The position numbers and the translations under genes are program-made. A stretch of 62,535 bases of DNA from positions 1-62,535 of the forward strand of contig JAAELU010000158.1 in NCBI GenBank assembly GCA_024226255.1, read 5' to 3'. Source of the stretch: a bacterium. GTDB taxonomy: Bacteria > Actinomycetota > Acidimicrobiia > Spongiisociales > UBA5794. Below are positions 9,300 to 18,708 of the stretch, piece after piece. Under the pieces are notes generated by a model that worked only from the letters and a program-made list of their open reading frames with translations, did no database searches and was not told the DNA's origin. Numbering within the stretch: position 1 is the stretch's first letter; the number at the start of each line of letters is the position of its first letter.

Positions 9300-10697
9300 A
9301 TGGAAGATCAACAAAGAAGTGACGACCTCAAGGTCCCGGTTGTTGCAGTAGTCCTCGCCGCCGGAAGTGGCGTCCGGCTCCGCAGCTCCACTCCGAAGCA
9401 GCTGATGAAACTCGCCGGCAAACCGGTGCTGGCTCATACGCTTCGTGCATTCGAGGACGTTCCCGGAGTCGATGAGATCATTGTCGTCACCCGAGAAGAC
9501 CTCGTCGAGGCGAGCCGCGACATCATTGCCCGCGAGGGCACTGCAAAGGTCAGCCGGGTCCTCATTGGAGGAGCGTCGCGCAACGACTCCACCCGCACTG
9601 CCCTCAATGCACTGTCGACCTTGGATGAAGCCAAAGTACTGATCCATGATGCGGTCCGACCGTTTATCGAACGATCCACGATCGAGGAGACAATTCGGTG
9701 TCTCGACGAAGTCGACGCGGTCGATGTGGCGATAGTCCCGGCGGATACGATCATCGAAGTCGAAGGCGACCACATCACCGCGATGCCCCGGAGGAGCCAG
9801 CTGCGCCGGGGGCAGACGCCACAGGCGTTCAAGCTGTCCGTGCTGCGCGATGCATATGCCCATGCGGCCAATGACCCCGATTTCTCAGCGACCGACGACT
9901 GCGGCGTCGTCCATCGTTACCGACCCGACGTGTCCATCCGTGTGGTGGACGGGTCACCTACGAACATCAAGCTGACTCATCCCATCGATATCTACGTCGC
10001 CGACAAGCTATTCCAAGTGCAGACGCTCGAAACGGAACAAGTCGAGCTCTCCGAACTGAAGACACAGCTCAACGGCCATCACATCGTCGTCATCGGTGGC
10101 AGCTACGGCATCGGCTCGGAGATCGGCGATCTCGCCGAAGAACTGGGAGCCCACGTTCATCGATTCAGTCGATCCACGACCGGGACTCATGTCGAAGATG
10201 GCGCCAGCGTCAGGGCGGCGATTGAGAGTGTCGTCGCCACCACGGGTGCCATCCATCACGTCGTCAACTCGGCGGGAGTGCTGCGAATCAAACCGCTGGT
10301 GCTCCAAAGCGACGACGAGATTCGGGCCCTGATGGATGTCAATTACCTGGGCCCCATCAACGTTGCTCGCGCTGCCTATCCCCACCTCGAGGCCACGAGG
10401 GGCCAGCTGCTCTTCTTTACGTCGAGCTCGTTCACGAGGGGACGTAGCCACTACGCCCTCTACACGTCATCGAAGGCTGCGGTCGTCAACCTGACGCAGG
10501 CGCTGGCGGAGGAGTGGGCTGATGCCGGCGTTCGCGTCAACTGCATGAACCCGGAGCGCACTCAGACCCCCATGCGGGTGGAAGCATTCGGGACCGAGGA
10601 CCCGGAATCACTGCTGGGAGCGGACAAGGTCGCTCGGAAGGCCCTCGAAACCTTGGTGAGCCATGCCACCGGCCAAGTAATCGACGTGCGGCGCTGA
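9300..10697 (+). CDS. bifunctional IspD/TarI-like cytidylyltransferase plus SDR reductase (Bcs1-like CDP-ribitol synthase)
   Basis: The N-terminus is VAVVLAAGSGVRL...PKQL (IspD/TarI fold). The C-terminal half has GGSYGIGSEIG (Rossmann) and YTSSKAAV (YxxxK). This is the same two-domain architecture as Haemophilus Bcs1/Acs1. Confidence 0.75.
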   Translation: MEDQQRSDDLKVPVVAVVLAAGSGVRLRSSTPKQLMKLAGKPVLAHTLRAFEDVPGVDEIIVVTREDLVEASRDIIAREGTAKVSRVLIGGASRNDSTRTALNALSTLDEAKVLIHDAVRPFIERSTIEETIRCLDEVDAVDVAIVPADTIIEVEGDHITAMPRRSQLRRGQTPQAFKLSVLRDAYAHAANDPDFSATDDCGVVHRYRPDVSIRVVDGSPTNIKLTHPIDIYVADKLFQVQTLETEQVELSELKTQLNGHHIVVIGGSYGIGSEIGDLAEELGAHVHRFSRSTTGTHVEDGASVRAAIESVVATTGAIHHVVNSAGVLRIKPLVLQSDDEIRALMDVNYLGPINVARAAYPHLEATRGQLLFFTSSSFTRGRSHYALYTSSKAAVVNLTQALAEEWADAGVRVNCMNPERTQTPMRVEAFGTEDPESLLGADKVARKALETLVSHATGQVIDVRR

Positions 10698-10732
10698 AAG
10701 AGACCCCGCAGCCACGGACCTAGGGACGTCTT

Positions 10733-11725
10733 CTAGCCGCGGTTGAGAACAGTGCCCAGCTTCTTTGTTGCCTCGATCGATGAGTAGCTGTCCATGGGTA
10801 GGTCCGGCATGAACGTCAGGAAGAGCTGCTCGTTGTCGTCCGCATAGCGCTCGATCAGTTTGGTCCGCTCTTCGGGGGTGAGGATCTGCGCTCCCGGATA
10901 GGTGCCTATTGGAAAGGCGCGCTTGAGGAACCGCTTGACCGCGTCACGCTCTTTCTTCGTCTCGAGCTCGCGATTGACCTTCAGGGCGATCGAAAGCGCC
11001 TTATTCGAGTACGAACGGTTGGCACTGGGATCTTCCTCGAACTCGGACATGTCGAGTTGCCCGTTGAGACCGATGTTGACGAGAAAGTCCTCTAGGTAAA
11101 GCAACGAGCCGGCGCCGATCAGCTCAAACGGCCGGACGCGCATCGAATCGACCTTCGGAATGGCCCGCAGCCGCCTCGCCAGGTCGAAGTACCGCAGAAC
11201 GGTCTGGTCGATGTACGGGAACTGATCGCGGACACTGTGCGACCGGCCTTTTTGGATCTCCCACAAGTAGCACGATTCCATGAGGCGATCCTGTCGGCGC
11301 GTGTACAGGGCAAGGTGGGTTCTCTCGGGGGCCAACGCCTCGATGACCTCTGTGATTGAGTCCTCAGCAACCGGCCGGAACCGAGGCGAGTCACCCTCAC
11401 TCGGCATTCGGGCTCCCACGAGCCGCTCGTTCGAGATGAGGACCTGTTGGGTCGGTGCGCCGCTGACTTGTTCGACTTCGGCCATCTCCGTGGCCACAAG
11501 ATTGCGTAGCTCATCTTGAAATAGGGGCGCTTCGACCGGATTCCTCGTGCGACGTGCCGCCCAGGAGCCTTCATGCGGCAGCTTCTTCATCATCTCGATG
11601 GTGACCAGCGCAACACCGCGCTGATGCAGCTGTGGCCGGAGTTGCTTGAGTGACACCTGGAGTGTTGTTGTGCCGGTCTTGTGGATGCCGGCATGAAGCA
11701 CCAGGCGCGGGATTGAGAGGGGCAT
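10733..11725 (-). CDS. hypothetical protein, sulfotransferase-like P-loop fold
   Basis: 330 aa. The N-terminal HAGIHKTGTTTLQ resembles the PAPS 5-prime-phosphosulfate-binding motif (PKxGTTxL) of sulfotransferases. The rest is not recognised. Confidence 0.45.
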   Translation of the reverse strand: MPLSIPRLVLHAGIHKTGTTTLQVSLKQLRPQLHQRGVALVTIEMMKKLPHEGSWAARRTRNPVEAPLFQDELRNLVATEMAEVEQVSGAPTQQVLISNERLVGARMPSEGDSPRFRPVAEDSITEVIEALAPERTHLALYTRRQDRLMESCYLWEIQKGRSHSVRDQFPYIDQTVLRYFDLARRLRAIPKVDSMRVRPFELIGAGSLLYLEDFLVNIGLNGQLDMSEFEEDPSANRSYSNKALSIALKVNRELETKKERDAVKRFLKRAFPIGTYPGAQILTPEERTKLIERYADDNEQLFLTFMPDLPMDSYSSIEATKKLGTVLNRG

Positions 11726-11832
11726 TGAGGTCGCTTAGGTTCGAGAAGATCGGTCTGAAACAAGATGCTACCAAGCTCCCCGAGGGACGGGTAACTCCCA
11801 ATTGAGCGCGCTGCCCTAGCATTGCGCCGGTC

Positions 11833-13824
11833 ATGCTGCAGTACCGAATCAAGCGAGCCATCCGCCTTCTAACACCACATCGCCGCTCTCTCTTTGGCAT
11901 CAAACAACTACGAGTCAGCTTTGTCTTTGCGCTGATATACCTGGTCATGACCCTCGGAGCTCTGTTCCGCGCCCCGGTCCTATCCGGCGCCGCGTATGCC
12001 TTCAGCGGACTCATCGAAGAGCGCGACATCATGCCGATGGACCGCCGGAAGAGAAAGCTGTCTGGATGGCGCCGCGGGCTCGAGATCCGCAGTCAGTGGC
12101 GCACACTGCTGTTCATTGTCGCCATGGTCGCGAGTAGTGCCCCCAATGAGCTGACGGTGTCCTTCGTGATCATCAGCCTCGCCGCGACCGTGACGATTCG
12201 GATCGTCAGATCGCGCCAATTGCAGCTCGATATCCGACGCCGCCTCACCTCTCTCGGTGCCCTTCATGCCGGCCAGGAGAGGCTCGCCGAAGCGCAGTCG
12301 GTGGCTCGCAGACGCGATCTCGCAGAGCTTCCCCTGCAGATCGCAATAGGTGTCGTCGCACTGACACTCAGCTTGCCCACCGCGTCAGGGCTCACCAGCT
12401 CTGTAGCGATCGCTCTCGCCGTGATCGCAATTGCTGCTGTGATTGCCTACATCGGCTGGCTGATTCTGAGGATCCGGCGGGTACGCCCCGCCCTGCTGTC
12501 CGGTCAACACGACTCCGAGGTACTCGGGGAGTTTCTCGCCTACGACCCTGAGGTGGTCTGCTACTTCAACGGTCACAGCGGCTCGATGTATGCGGTCAAC
12601 GTGTGGCTACGGACGTTCGAGGCAGCATCAAAGCGAGTTGCCCTCGTATTCCGTCATCGAGATGTCCGCAGCATTGGTACCGATCAGCTGCCGGGCATAG
12701 TCGTGACCCAAGACGCTCTGTGCGAGAAACTGGTGGCACCCTCGACCCGCATCGCGCTCTATCCAACCAACGGAACCCTCAACATCCACATGCAGCGCGA
12801 TCCTCGGCTCAGTCACGTCTTCATTGGTCACGGCGACAGCGACAAGGCCGGAAGTGCTAGCCCTGCAACACGAAGTTATGACCGGATTTGGGTGTCGGGT
12901 GCTGCCGGTCGGGAGCGCTATCAATCGGCCGGCCTAGACATACCGGACGACCGGTTCGATGTCGTTGGTCGGCCACCCCTATCGCCCATCATTCGCGCGG
13001 CCGAAGACGCCCAACTAGTCCCCGTCGATGATGAGAGGCCATACGAGCAGCTGCTGCAAGCGCTGGCCGAAGCCGATGTGGAAGGTGCCCCGCCCTTTTC
13101 GATCTTGTATGCCCCCACCTGGGAGGGCTACTTCGACAAGTCGGACTACAGCTCGGTCGCAACTATCGCCGTGCCGCTGATCGAGTCGCTGCTGGAGGAG
13201 CACCCCGGAGTGCGGATCATCTACAAACCGCATCCCATGGGTGGCCGCCGTCTGGACGCGGTCCGAACGGCGTCTGCAACTATTCGGATCATGCTGGACG
13301 AGGATGAGGACGCGTTCCACCCCAATACCAGATTCCATTCAGCCATCTCGCTCTATCAATGGTTCGACCACGCTGACCTGCTCATCACCGACATCTCATC
13401 GGTGCTGTCCGATTTCATGATGTGGGATCGTCCCTATGTCGTAACCAACCCCCGCCAACTGCCAATCGGGAACCTCCATCGGAAGTTTCCGACGACCAAG
13501 GCGGCATACGTCATCGACGGCGTCGACCCCAGAGTCGACGCGCTGCTCATAGACAACGCTCTCGAACACGATCCGCTTGCAGGCCGGCGGCGCGACGCCC
13601 GCGAGCGATATTTGGGTAATCCAGATCGCGACCCGCTCGAGATGTTCAACGAACAACTTGACACGTTGTGGGCCCAGCAGGGGTCACACCCGGTTGACGA
13701 CGAGACTCTGATCCTGATGGGACTGAAGGAAGCGGAGCCGCCCCGCAATGAGGCTCCGGAGTCCGAAGATGACATCGGATCGGACGGCGACAGCGACCAG
13801 AAGCTGGTTACCGAGGACGCGTGA
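11833..13824 (+). CDS. TagF/TarL-like CDP-glycerol/ribitol phosphotransferase with an N-terminal polytopic membrane domain
   Basis: 663 aa with about 5 TM helices in the first 215 aa. TagF-family motifs are ILYAPTWEGYF, IIYKPHPMGG and DLLITDISSVLSDFMMWDRPYVV. Confidence 0.8.
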   Translation: MLQYRIKRAIRLLTPHRRSLFGIKQLRVSFVFALIYLVMTLGALFRAPVLSGAAYAFSGLIEERDIMPMDRRKRKLSGWRRGLEIRSQWRTLLFIVAMVASSAPNELTVSFVIISLAATVTIRIVRSRQLQLDIRRRLTSLGALHAGQERLAEAQSVARRRDLAELPLQIAIGVVALTLSLPTASGLTSSVAIALAVIAIAAVIAYIGWLILRIRRVRPALLSGQHDSEVLGEFLAYDPEVVCYFNGHSGSMYAVNVWLRTFEAASKRVALVFRHRDVRSIGTDQLPGIVVTQDALCEKLVAPSTRIALYPTNGTLNIHMQRDPRLSHVFIGHGDSDKAGSASPATRSYDRIWVSGAAGRERYQSAGLDIPDDRFDVVGRPPLSPIIRAAEDAQLVPVDDERPYEQLLQALAEADVEGAPPFSILYAPTWEGYFDKSDYSSVATIAVPLIESLLEEHPGVRIIYKPHPMGGRRLDAVRTASATIRIMLDEDEDAFHPNTRFHSAISLYQWFDHADLLITDISSVLSDFMMWDRPYVVTNPRQLPIGNLHRKFPTTKAAYVIDGVDPRVDALLIDNALEHDPLAGRRRDARERYLGNPDRDPLEMFNEQLDTLWAQQGSHPVDDETLILMGLKEAEPPRNEAPESEDDIGSDGDSDQKLVTEDA

Positions 13825-15697
13825 CGGCGTCGACGGCTGCTGCGAAACGGGCTTGGGCCGAGCCCACCTCACCGAGAGTCGCTCGCACTGCTCCCGCTCG
13901 TGCTGATTGCATCGGATCGCTTGTGAATGCCTCCTCGACCTGAGCTGAGATGTCCGACAGGGCGGCTTCGACAACTCCGGCACCGGCCGTGGTTGGGTAA
14001 CGGGCGTGAAGGGAGTCGGCGCCCAGGCAGTTGACGTCGGTCACAAGCACCGGACGATCGACCGCATACCAATCAACCAGCACCGAGGAAACGTCCGTTA
14101 CCAGTAGCCCGGCGGAGGCGAACGAGTCCACCAGTGGTTCCGACCCGTCGTCGATGGTCCCGCCCTCGCCTTCGACAATGGATTCGATTCTGCGAGCAGC
14201 CGCGGCTGCTGCCGGGTCAGCGGTTCCGGTGAGCGGATGGGCCCGAAACACGACATGGCGACCGGACGCCAGCAGCGCCCTGGCCAGAGCTTCTCCGAAG
14301 CCGGATACCGAGGAGAGATCCGAGTCGGCGTGGGCTCCTTCCCACGTAGGTGCATAGAGAATGGCGTCGGATCGGGTGTCAACCGCGGCGGCTGCATCGG
14401 TGACCGGTCGGCCAACCTCGTATATTCGATCGGAGGCCACACCAGCTTCCACGAGTCTGGCTCGGGCAGCCGGTCCCGCCACGAAGTGGGCGTCGTATAG
14501 CCGCATCGTCTTTCCTCCGGACGGGGGCTTGTCCGACTCGCCGTGGTGGAGCTGGACGTGGACTGGTTCCTCGAAGCGGATGGCGTGGTTGTTTTTGGTA
14601 CCGGTGTTGACGTAGAAGACGATCGCGACGCTACCGGCGATCGCCAGGTCAAGATCGCCGTAGTACTCGACCAACAAGGTGGGCCCGGCGTAGAGGTTGG
14701 CGGCAGCTTCAAACGTTGCCCGCTCTCGGCAGACCAGAAGCCAAGGTCGGCCGGTGGCCTCGATGGACGTTGTCCAGTGACCAAGCTGATAGAGGGTTCG
14801 GATTCCGCCGCTGAAATGCATGATCAGCTCGGGGGCCAGCTCGGAAACGGCGGCACCGAGCCGAGCCCGTTGTCGGGCGGAACCCTGTGATGCCTGAATC
14901 AGGGTGGCCAGCCGCACCACGCCGAGGCCGATACCCCCAACGAGAATCAACCCGGCTACAGCCGGGATGACGGCGTCGAAGGAGGTGCGGCCGTCGCCGA
15001 CGACCACCGCGCCGGCGAGGAGTGTCATGAGGCCAAGCACGGCGACATCTCCTGCCCGGACTATCGACCGGAACCTGCCCGACGAGTGATCGAACCATCG
15101 CAAGGATTCATCAATTCCGAGGCCACGATGAGCCAACCCCACTGTGAATCGGGTTGCCACGAGGCCATCGGCCAACGCACCCGTAGCCAACCCTGCGAGG
15201 CCGAGCACAACCGACAACAGTGGTCGGCCACTCAAGGGTTCAGCGCTTTCCAACAGCCCTACCAGTAAGAGGCCGCCAATAACATGGAGCGTGGCAGAGG
15301 CGCGGGCCGGCAGGTTCCGAAGCAGATAGCTCCTCAACGGCGACATGCTCATCACAAAGGTGAGCCCACCGAGCAAAGCCAGAACGGCCAGACCTCCGAC
15401 GGGCACTTGCCTCATGACGATTCCACCGAGGGCCACCAGCCCGATTGCGCCTACGACAACCGAGACCCGTCTCAGCTTGAGAGCTGGGCCGATCAGCCGG
15501 TTGCGCACAGGCGCACTCCCCCCGGCCACGGGTTCGGCCGCCTCTGTTGTAGGTGGTGTCACGTCGCTCGATGGTAGGCGACGACGGCCCGAATGCTTTG
15601 TAGCGCTGGCATTGCCGAGGGTCGTCCTATCATTCCGGCTCGGGCCGGCCGGCAAGCCGCGACCCTCCGAGGAAGCCTGCAACGGAAGGCGCCGCAA
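13808..15697 (-). CDS. second TagF/TarL-like polyol-phosphate transferase with an N-terminal polytopic membrane domain
   Basis: 629-aa ORF with at least 6 TM helices in the first 280 aa or so. Motifs are ILYAPTWEGAH, VVFRAHPLTG and GLLVTDVSSVLVDWYAVDRPVLVTD. The start is uncertain (several in-frame candidates). Its 3-prime end overlaps the convergent gene by 17 nt. Confidence 0.75.
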   Translation of the reverse strand: MRRLPLQASSEGRGLPAGPSRNDRTTLGNASATKHSGRRRLPSSDVTPPTTEAAEPVAGGSAPVRNRLIGPALKLRRVSVVVGAIGLVALGGIVMRQVPVGGLAVLALLGGLTFVMSMSPLRSYLLRNLPARASATLHVIGGLLLVGLLESAEPLSGRPLLSVVLGLAGLATGALADGLVATRFTVGLAHRGLGIDESLRWFDHSSGRFRSIVRAGDVAVLGLMTLLAGAVVVGDGRTSFDAVIPAVAGLILVGGIGLGVVRLATLIQASQGSARQRARLGAAVSELAPELIMHFSGGIRTLYQLGHWTTSIEATGRPWLLVCRERATFEAAANLYAGPTLLVEYYGDLDLAIAGSVAIVFYVNTGTKNNHAIRFEEPVHVQLHHGESDKPPSGGKTMRLYDAHFVAGPAARARLVEAGVASDRIYEVGRPVTDAAAAVDTRSDAILYAPTWEGAHADSDLSSVSGFGEALARALLASGRHVVFRAHPLTGTADPAAAAAARRIESIVEGEGGTIDDGSEPLVDSFASAGLLVTDVSSVLVDWYAVDRPVLVTDVNCLGADSLHARYPTTAGAGVVEAALSDISAQVEEAFTSDPMQSARAGAVRATLGEVGSAQARFAAAVDAVTRPR

Positions 15698-15870
15698 TCA
15701 CAGCCAAGACCTCAGCCTCGCCTGCCACAGACGACAGGGGCCTCTTCGACATCGGCAAGCCACTGTCGCTGGGCGCCTATCTCAAGGATCTGTGGCGCCA
15801 TCGGCAGCTGATCGTCCAGCTGGCACGCGCCGACCTCAAGCAGCGCCATGTTGACACCGCGCTCGGAAAC

Positions 15871-16563
15871 GTGTGGTACTTCCTCAACCCGATCATCTTG
15901 ACCGCGATCTACTTCGCGATATTCGTCAAGATTCTCGACACCAACCGCGGGCTCAGCGATTCGGAATTCCTCCCCTACCTGGCCATGAGCGTCGGACTGT
16001 TTTCGTTCGCCCAGCGAGCCACGATCACCGGCGCCAAATCCCTCATCGTCAACCAACGTCTGGTACGACTCGTGCGGTTTCCCCGAGCCATACTTCCAAT
16101 GAGCGGCGTCCTCGCAGAATTGGGAGCGGTCGGCCCTGCTCTCATCGTGGGTGCCGTCGTAGCGATTCTCACTGGGGAAACCCCCGGTTTTGATTGGCTG
16201 TTGGTCGTGCCGGCTGCCGTGCCCCTGGCGCTATTCATCACGGGCTTGGCATTTGTCGCGGCTCGCGCCTCCGAAGCCTCGGGTGATGTGCTCAACCTGC
16301 TGCCATGGGTGTTTCGAATCCTGTTCTACATGAGTGGTGTGATCTACAGCATCGACAAGTTCATCGAACACGAGTGGCAACGAGATCTGTTCCTGATCAA
16401 TCCATTGCACTCGTTACTTTCAGTGGCTCGCTACCCGATAGTGCCCGAAGCGTCTCCTCTTAGTTGGACGATGTTCGGGGTTGCCGTCGGTTGGACTGTG
16501 CTGGCGCTGTTGGGCGGCCTGTGGTTCTTCCGGCGGGGGGAGGAGAACTATGGACGCGAATAG
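15871..16563 (+). CDS. ABC-2 type (TagG/Wzm-like) polymer export permease; the annotated start is probably too short
   Basis: Six hydrophobic segments. The in-frame sequence upstream of GTG 15871 encodes LKDLWRHRQLIVQLARADLKQRHVDTALGN, which matches the conserved TagG N-terminus. No ATG/GTG/TTG occurs in that frame back to the stop at 15601 (see finding). Confidence 0.8.
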   Translation: MWYFLNPIILTAIYFAIFVKILDTNRGLSDSEFLPYLAMSVGLFSFAQRATITGAKSLIVNQRLVRLVRFPRAILPMSGVLAELGAVGPALIVGAVVAILTGETPGFDWLLVVPAAVPLALFITGLAFVAARASEASGDVLNLLPWVFRILFYMSGVIYSIDKFIEHEWQRDLFLINPLHSLLSVARYPIVPEASPLSWTMFGVAVGWTVLALLGGLWFFRRGEENYGRE

Positions 16564-17305
16564 CACTCACCCGCTGGCGCCCGTCGCACTACGTGCCGAG
16601 GGGGTACACGTCATGTACCACCCCGAGCGACGCCGGGCGTTTCGAGCAGAGTCGAAGAAGGCGACCGCAGTTCACGCAGTCAAGGGAGTGAACCTGGAGA
16701 TCCGAGAGGGTGAGGTTGTCGGGATCATCGGTGCCAACGGATCGGGAAAGAGCTCGTTGCTCATGGCACTTGCCGGACTACTCCCCATTGAAGAGGGCCG
16801 CGTAATGGCCGTCGCATATCCTGCCCTACTCGGCGTACGTCCGGCGATACGCCGGCACCTCACAGGGATGGACAATGTGATAATCGGATGCATGGCGTTA
16901 GGGCTCAGTCGGGAGGAAGCCTACGAGGTGGCGCCGCGGGTCTTGAGATTCGCCGGTGTAGACACCCACGCCGACCTGCCGCTGCGAACCTGGTCATCGG
17001 GAATGAAAGCAAGACTCGTGTTCGCGATTTCAACATCGGTCCAGCCCAAGATTCTGCTGGTCGACGAGGTTCTGGCGGTAGGCGACGCCGAATTCCGCAA
17101 ACGAAGCATTCGACGGCTGCGAGCTATGTCTGAAAGCGCCGGCACGGTGATCATGGTTTCACACAAGATGCAGCAGATCCGCAAGGTGTGCACCCGCGTC
17201 ATATGGCTTCACGACGGCGAGATCCGCGCTGAGGGCAAGCCCAAGGGCATCATCAATATGTACAAGCAGTATGCCAAGGTCCTGGCCGACGAGATGGACG
17301 CCTGA
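16549..17305 (+). CDS. ABC transporter ATP-binding protein (TagH/Wzt-like)
   Basis: Walker A is GANGSGKSS, the signature is WSSGMKARL and Walker B is ILLVDEVLAVGD. ATG 16549 has a GGGAGGAG RBS and overlaps the permease stop. The ORF track start at 16481 is less likely. Confidence 0.85.
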
Positions 17306-17307
17306 AC

Positions 17308-18078
17308 GTGGCTAGAGAATCCGTTCCCCCGATTGACGAACTCAGGCCAATCGCCCAGCCGTCGTCGGTCACCAATCGGCGCAGCGCCGAACACTGGACA
17401 GGGCACCTCTACATGAGACGAATCTCGATCTATGGCACCCGGTTGGCGTTGCAACTCGGATTCAGCGCCGACTTTGTGACCGGTGTCATGATCGTCGTCG
17501 GCCTGATTGCCGTTGCCACCACGTCAGTTCCGGGGCTGTGGAGCGCTGTAGTCGGCGCCCTGCTGATCCAGCTGTATCTGGGGCTCGACTGTGTCGATGG
17601 CGAGGTGGCCAGGGTGCGCAGGACTGAGAGCGCTCGGGGGGTATACCTCGACCGCCTCGGTCACTATCTGGTCGAGGGCGGCCTGCTGATTGCATTGGGG
17701 ATTCGAGCGAGCGACGGTGGCCTCGAATCAGTCGTGCTCGGGTTGATAGCCGCCATCGGCGTCCTGCTGGAGAAGGCCGAAACCGACTTGGTCACTGTGG
17801 CCCGCTCGTCCCAGGGCAAGGGGGCCGCCGGAGATGCCGCGGCCTCGATCAAACAACCCACTCTGGCCAGGGGCCGGCAACTGGCCCGGTTGCTCCCGAT
17901 CCACATGGCAACTCACGCTGCCGAGGCATCCCTATTGATAGTGGTCGCAGCAATTGCAGACGAGATCCGAGGGGACCTGTTGGTTAGCCGCATCCTGTTG
18001 GTTGCCCTGGCAGCCATCACCGCGGCGATGGTCGTCCTCCACCTGATCTCGATCCTGAACAGCAAGCGGTTTGACTGA
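17308..18078 (+). CDS. CDP-alcohol phosphatidyltransferase family membrane protein
   Basis: DCVDGEVARVRRTESARGVYLDRLGH fits the D-x2-DG-x2-AR-x8-G-x3-D core, but the last Asp position reads His. It is a multi-TM protein with a GTG start 2 nt after the tagH-like stop. Confidence 0.75.
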   Translation: MARESVPPIDELRPIAQPSSVTNRRSAEHWTGHLYMRRISIYGTRLALQLGFSADFVTGVMIVVGLIAVATTSVPGLWSAVVGALLIQLYLGLDCVDGEVARVRRTESARGVYLDRLGHYLVEGGLLIALGIRASDGGLESVVLGLIAAIGVLLEKAETDLVTVARSSQGKGAAGDAAASIKQPTLARGRQLARLLPIHMATHAAEASLLIVVAAIADEIRGDLLVSRILLVALAAITAAMVVLHLISILNSKRFD

Positions 18079-18081
18079 AAG

Positions 18082-18144
18082 CAGATGTCAGAAATCAGAA
18101 GTCAGACGTCAGACGTCAGAAGCCAGACGTCAGAAGCCAGATGT
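18082..18144. repeat. tandem heptanucleotide array, 9 x CAGANNN (CAGATGT/CAGAAGT/CAGACGT/CAGAAGC)
   Basis: Read directly: cagatgt cagaaat cagaagt cagacgt cagacgt cagaagc cagacgt cagaagc cagatgt. It lies between convergent genes. Confidence 0.85.
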
Positions 18145-18180
18145 CGGGATCGGCAACGGTGGAACGCCCTCTAGATAGAG

Positions 18181-18702
18181 TCAGCCTGGGTAGTTGTAGG
18201 CGTCCAACAATGCGATCGCGTGATATAGCGCGAGCACCAGCGACGCTGGCCCAAAGACTACGAAAATCCACTGTCGATCTCGGGGAAACGGAGCCCTGAG
18301 AAGCTGAGCTACGGCTCCGGCGTAGGTCACCACAGCCGCCAAGTAGAGCATCAATAGCCATCCGGTGGCCTCCGCAATCCACGTAGTCCGTGGCAGGACT
18401 GCGTCGGGCGCGCTGCGGCCCCACTCCGTACCAATCCACATAGTTAGACCCAGGCCAAGTGCAGCTATCGCGAAGACGGCGAGGGCGCCCAGACCCGATG
18501 GATGCCGAGCGAACATCACTACGAGTGCCAGGACAATGGCAATCAGGCAAGGAACAAAAAGAATCGATTCCAGACTTGGGCTGACAATCAACCCGGAAAG
18601 TGCCGCCAGGGCCGCAAGGGCCAGGATGATCGCCAGGAACGGATTGCCAATCAGTCGCCGACCGAGGGTGAGGAAATTCAAGGCTGACGTCTTGAGGCTC
18701 AC
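18181..18702 (-). CDS. hypothetical polytopic membrane protein
   Basis: 173-aa ORF with about 5 hydrophobic helices and coding-like composition. I recognise no family. Confidence 0.5.
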   Translation of the reverse strand: MSLKTSALNFLTLGRRLIGNPFLAIILALAALAALSGLIVSPSLESILFVPCLIAIVLALVVMFARHPSGLGALAVFAIAALGLGLTMWIGTEWGRSAPDAVLPRTTWIAEATGWLLMLYLAAVVTYAGAVAQLLRAPFPRDRQWIFVVFGPASLVLALYHAIALLDAYNYPG

Positions 18703-18708
18703 GGTTGG

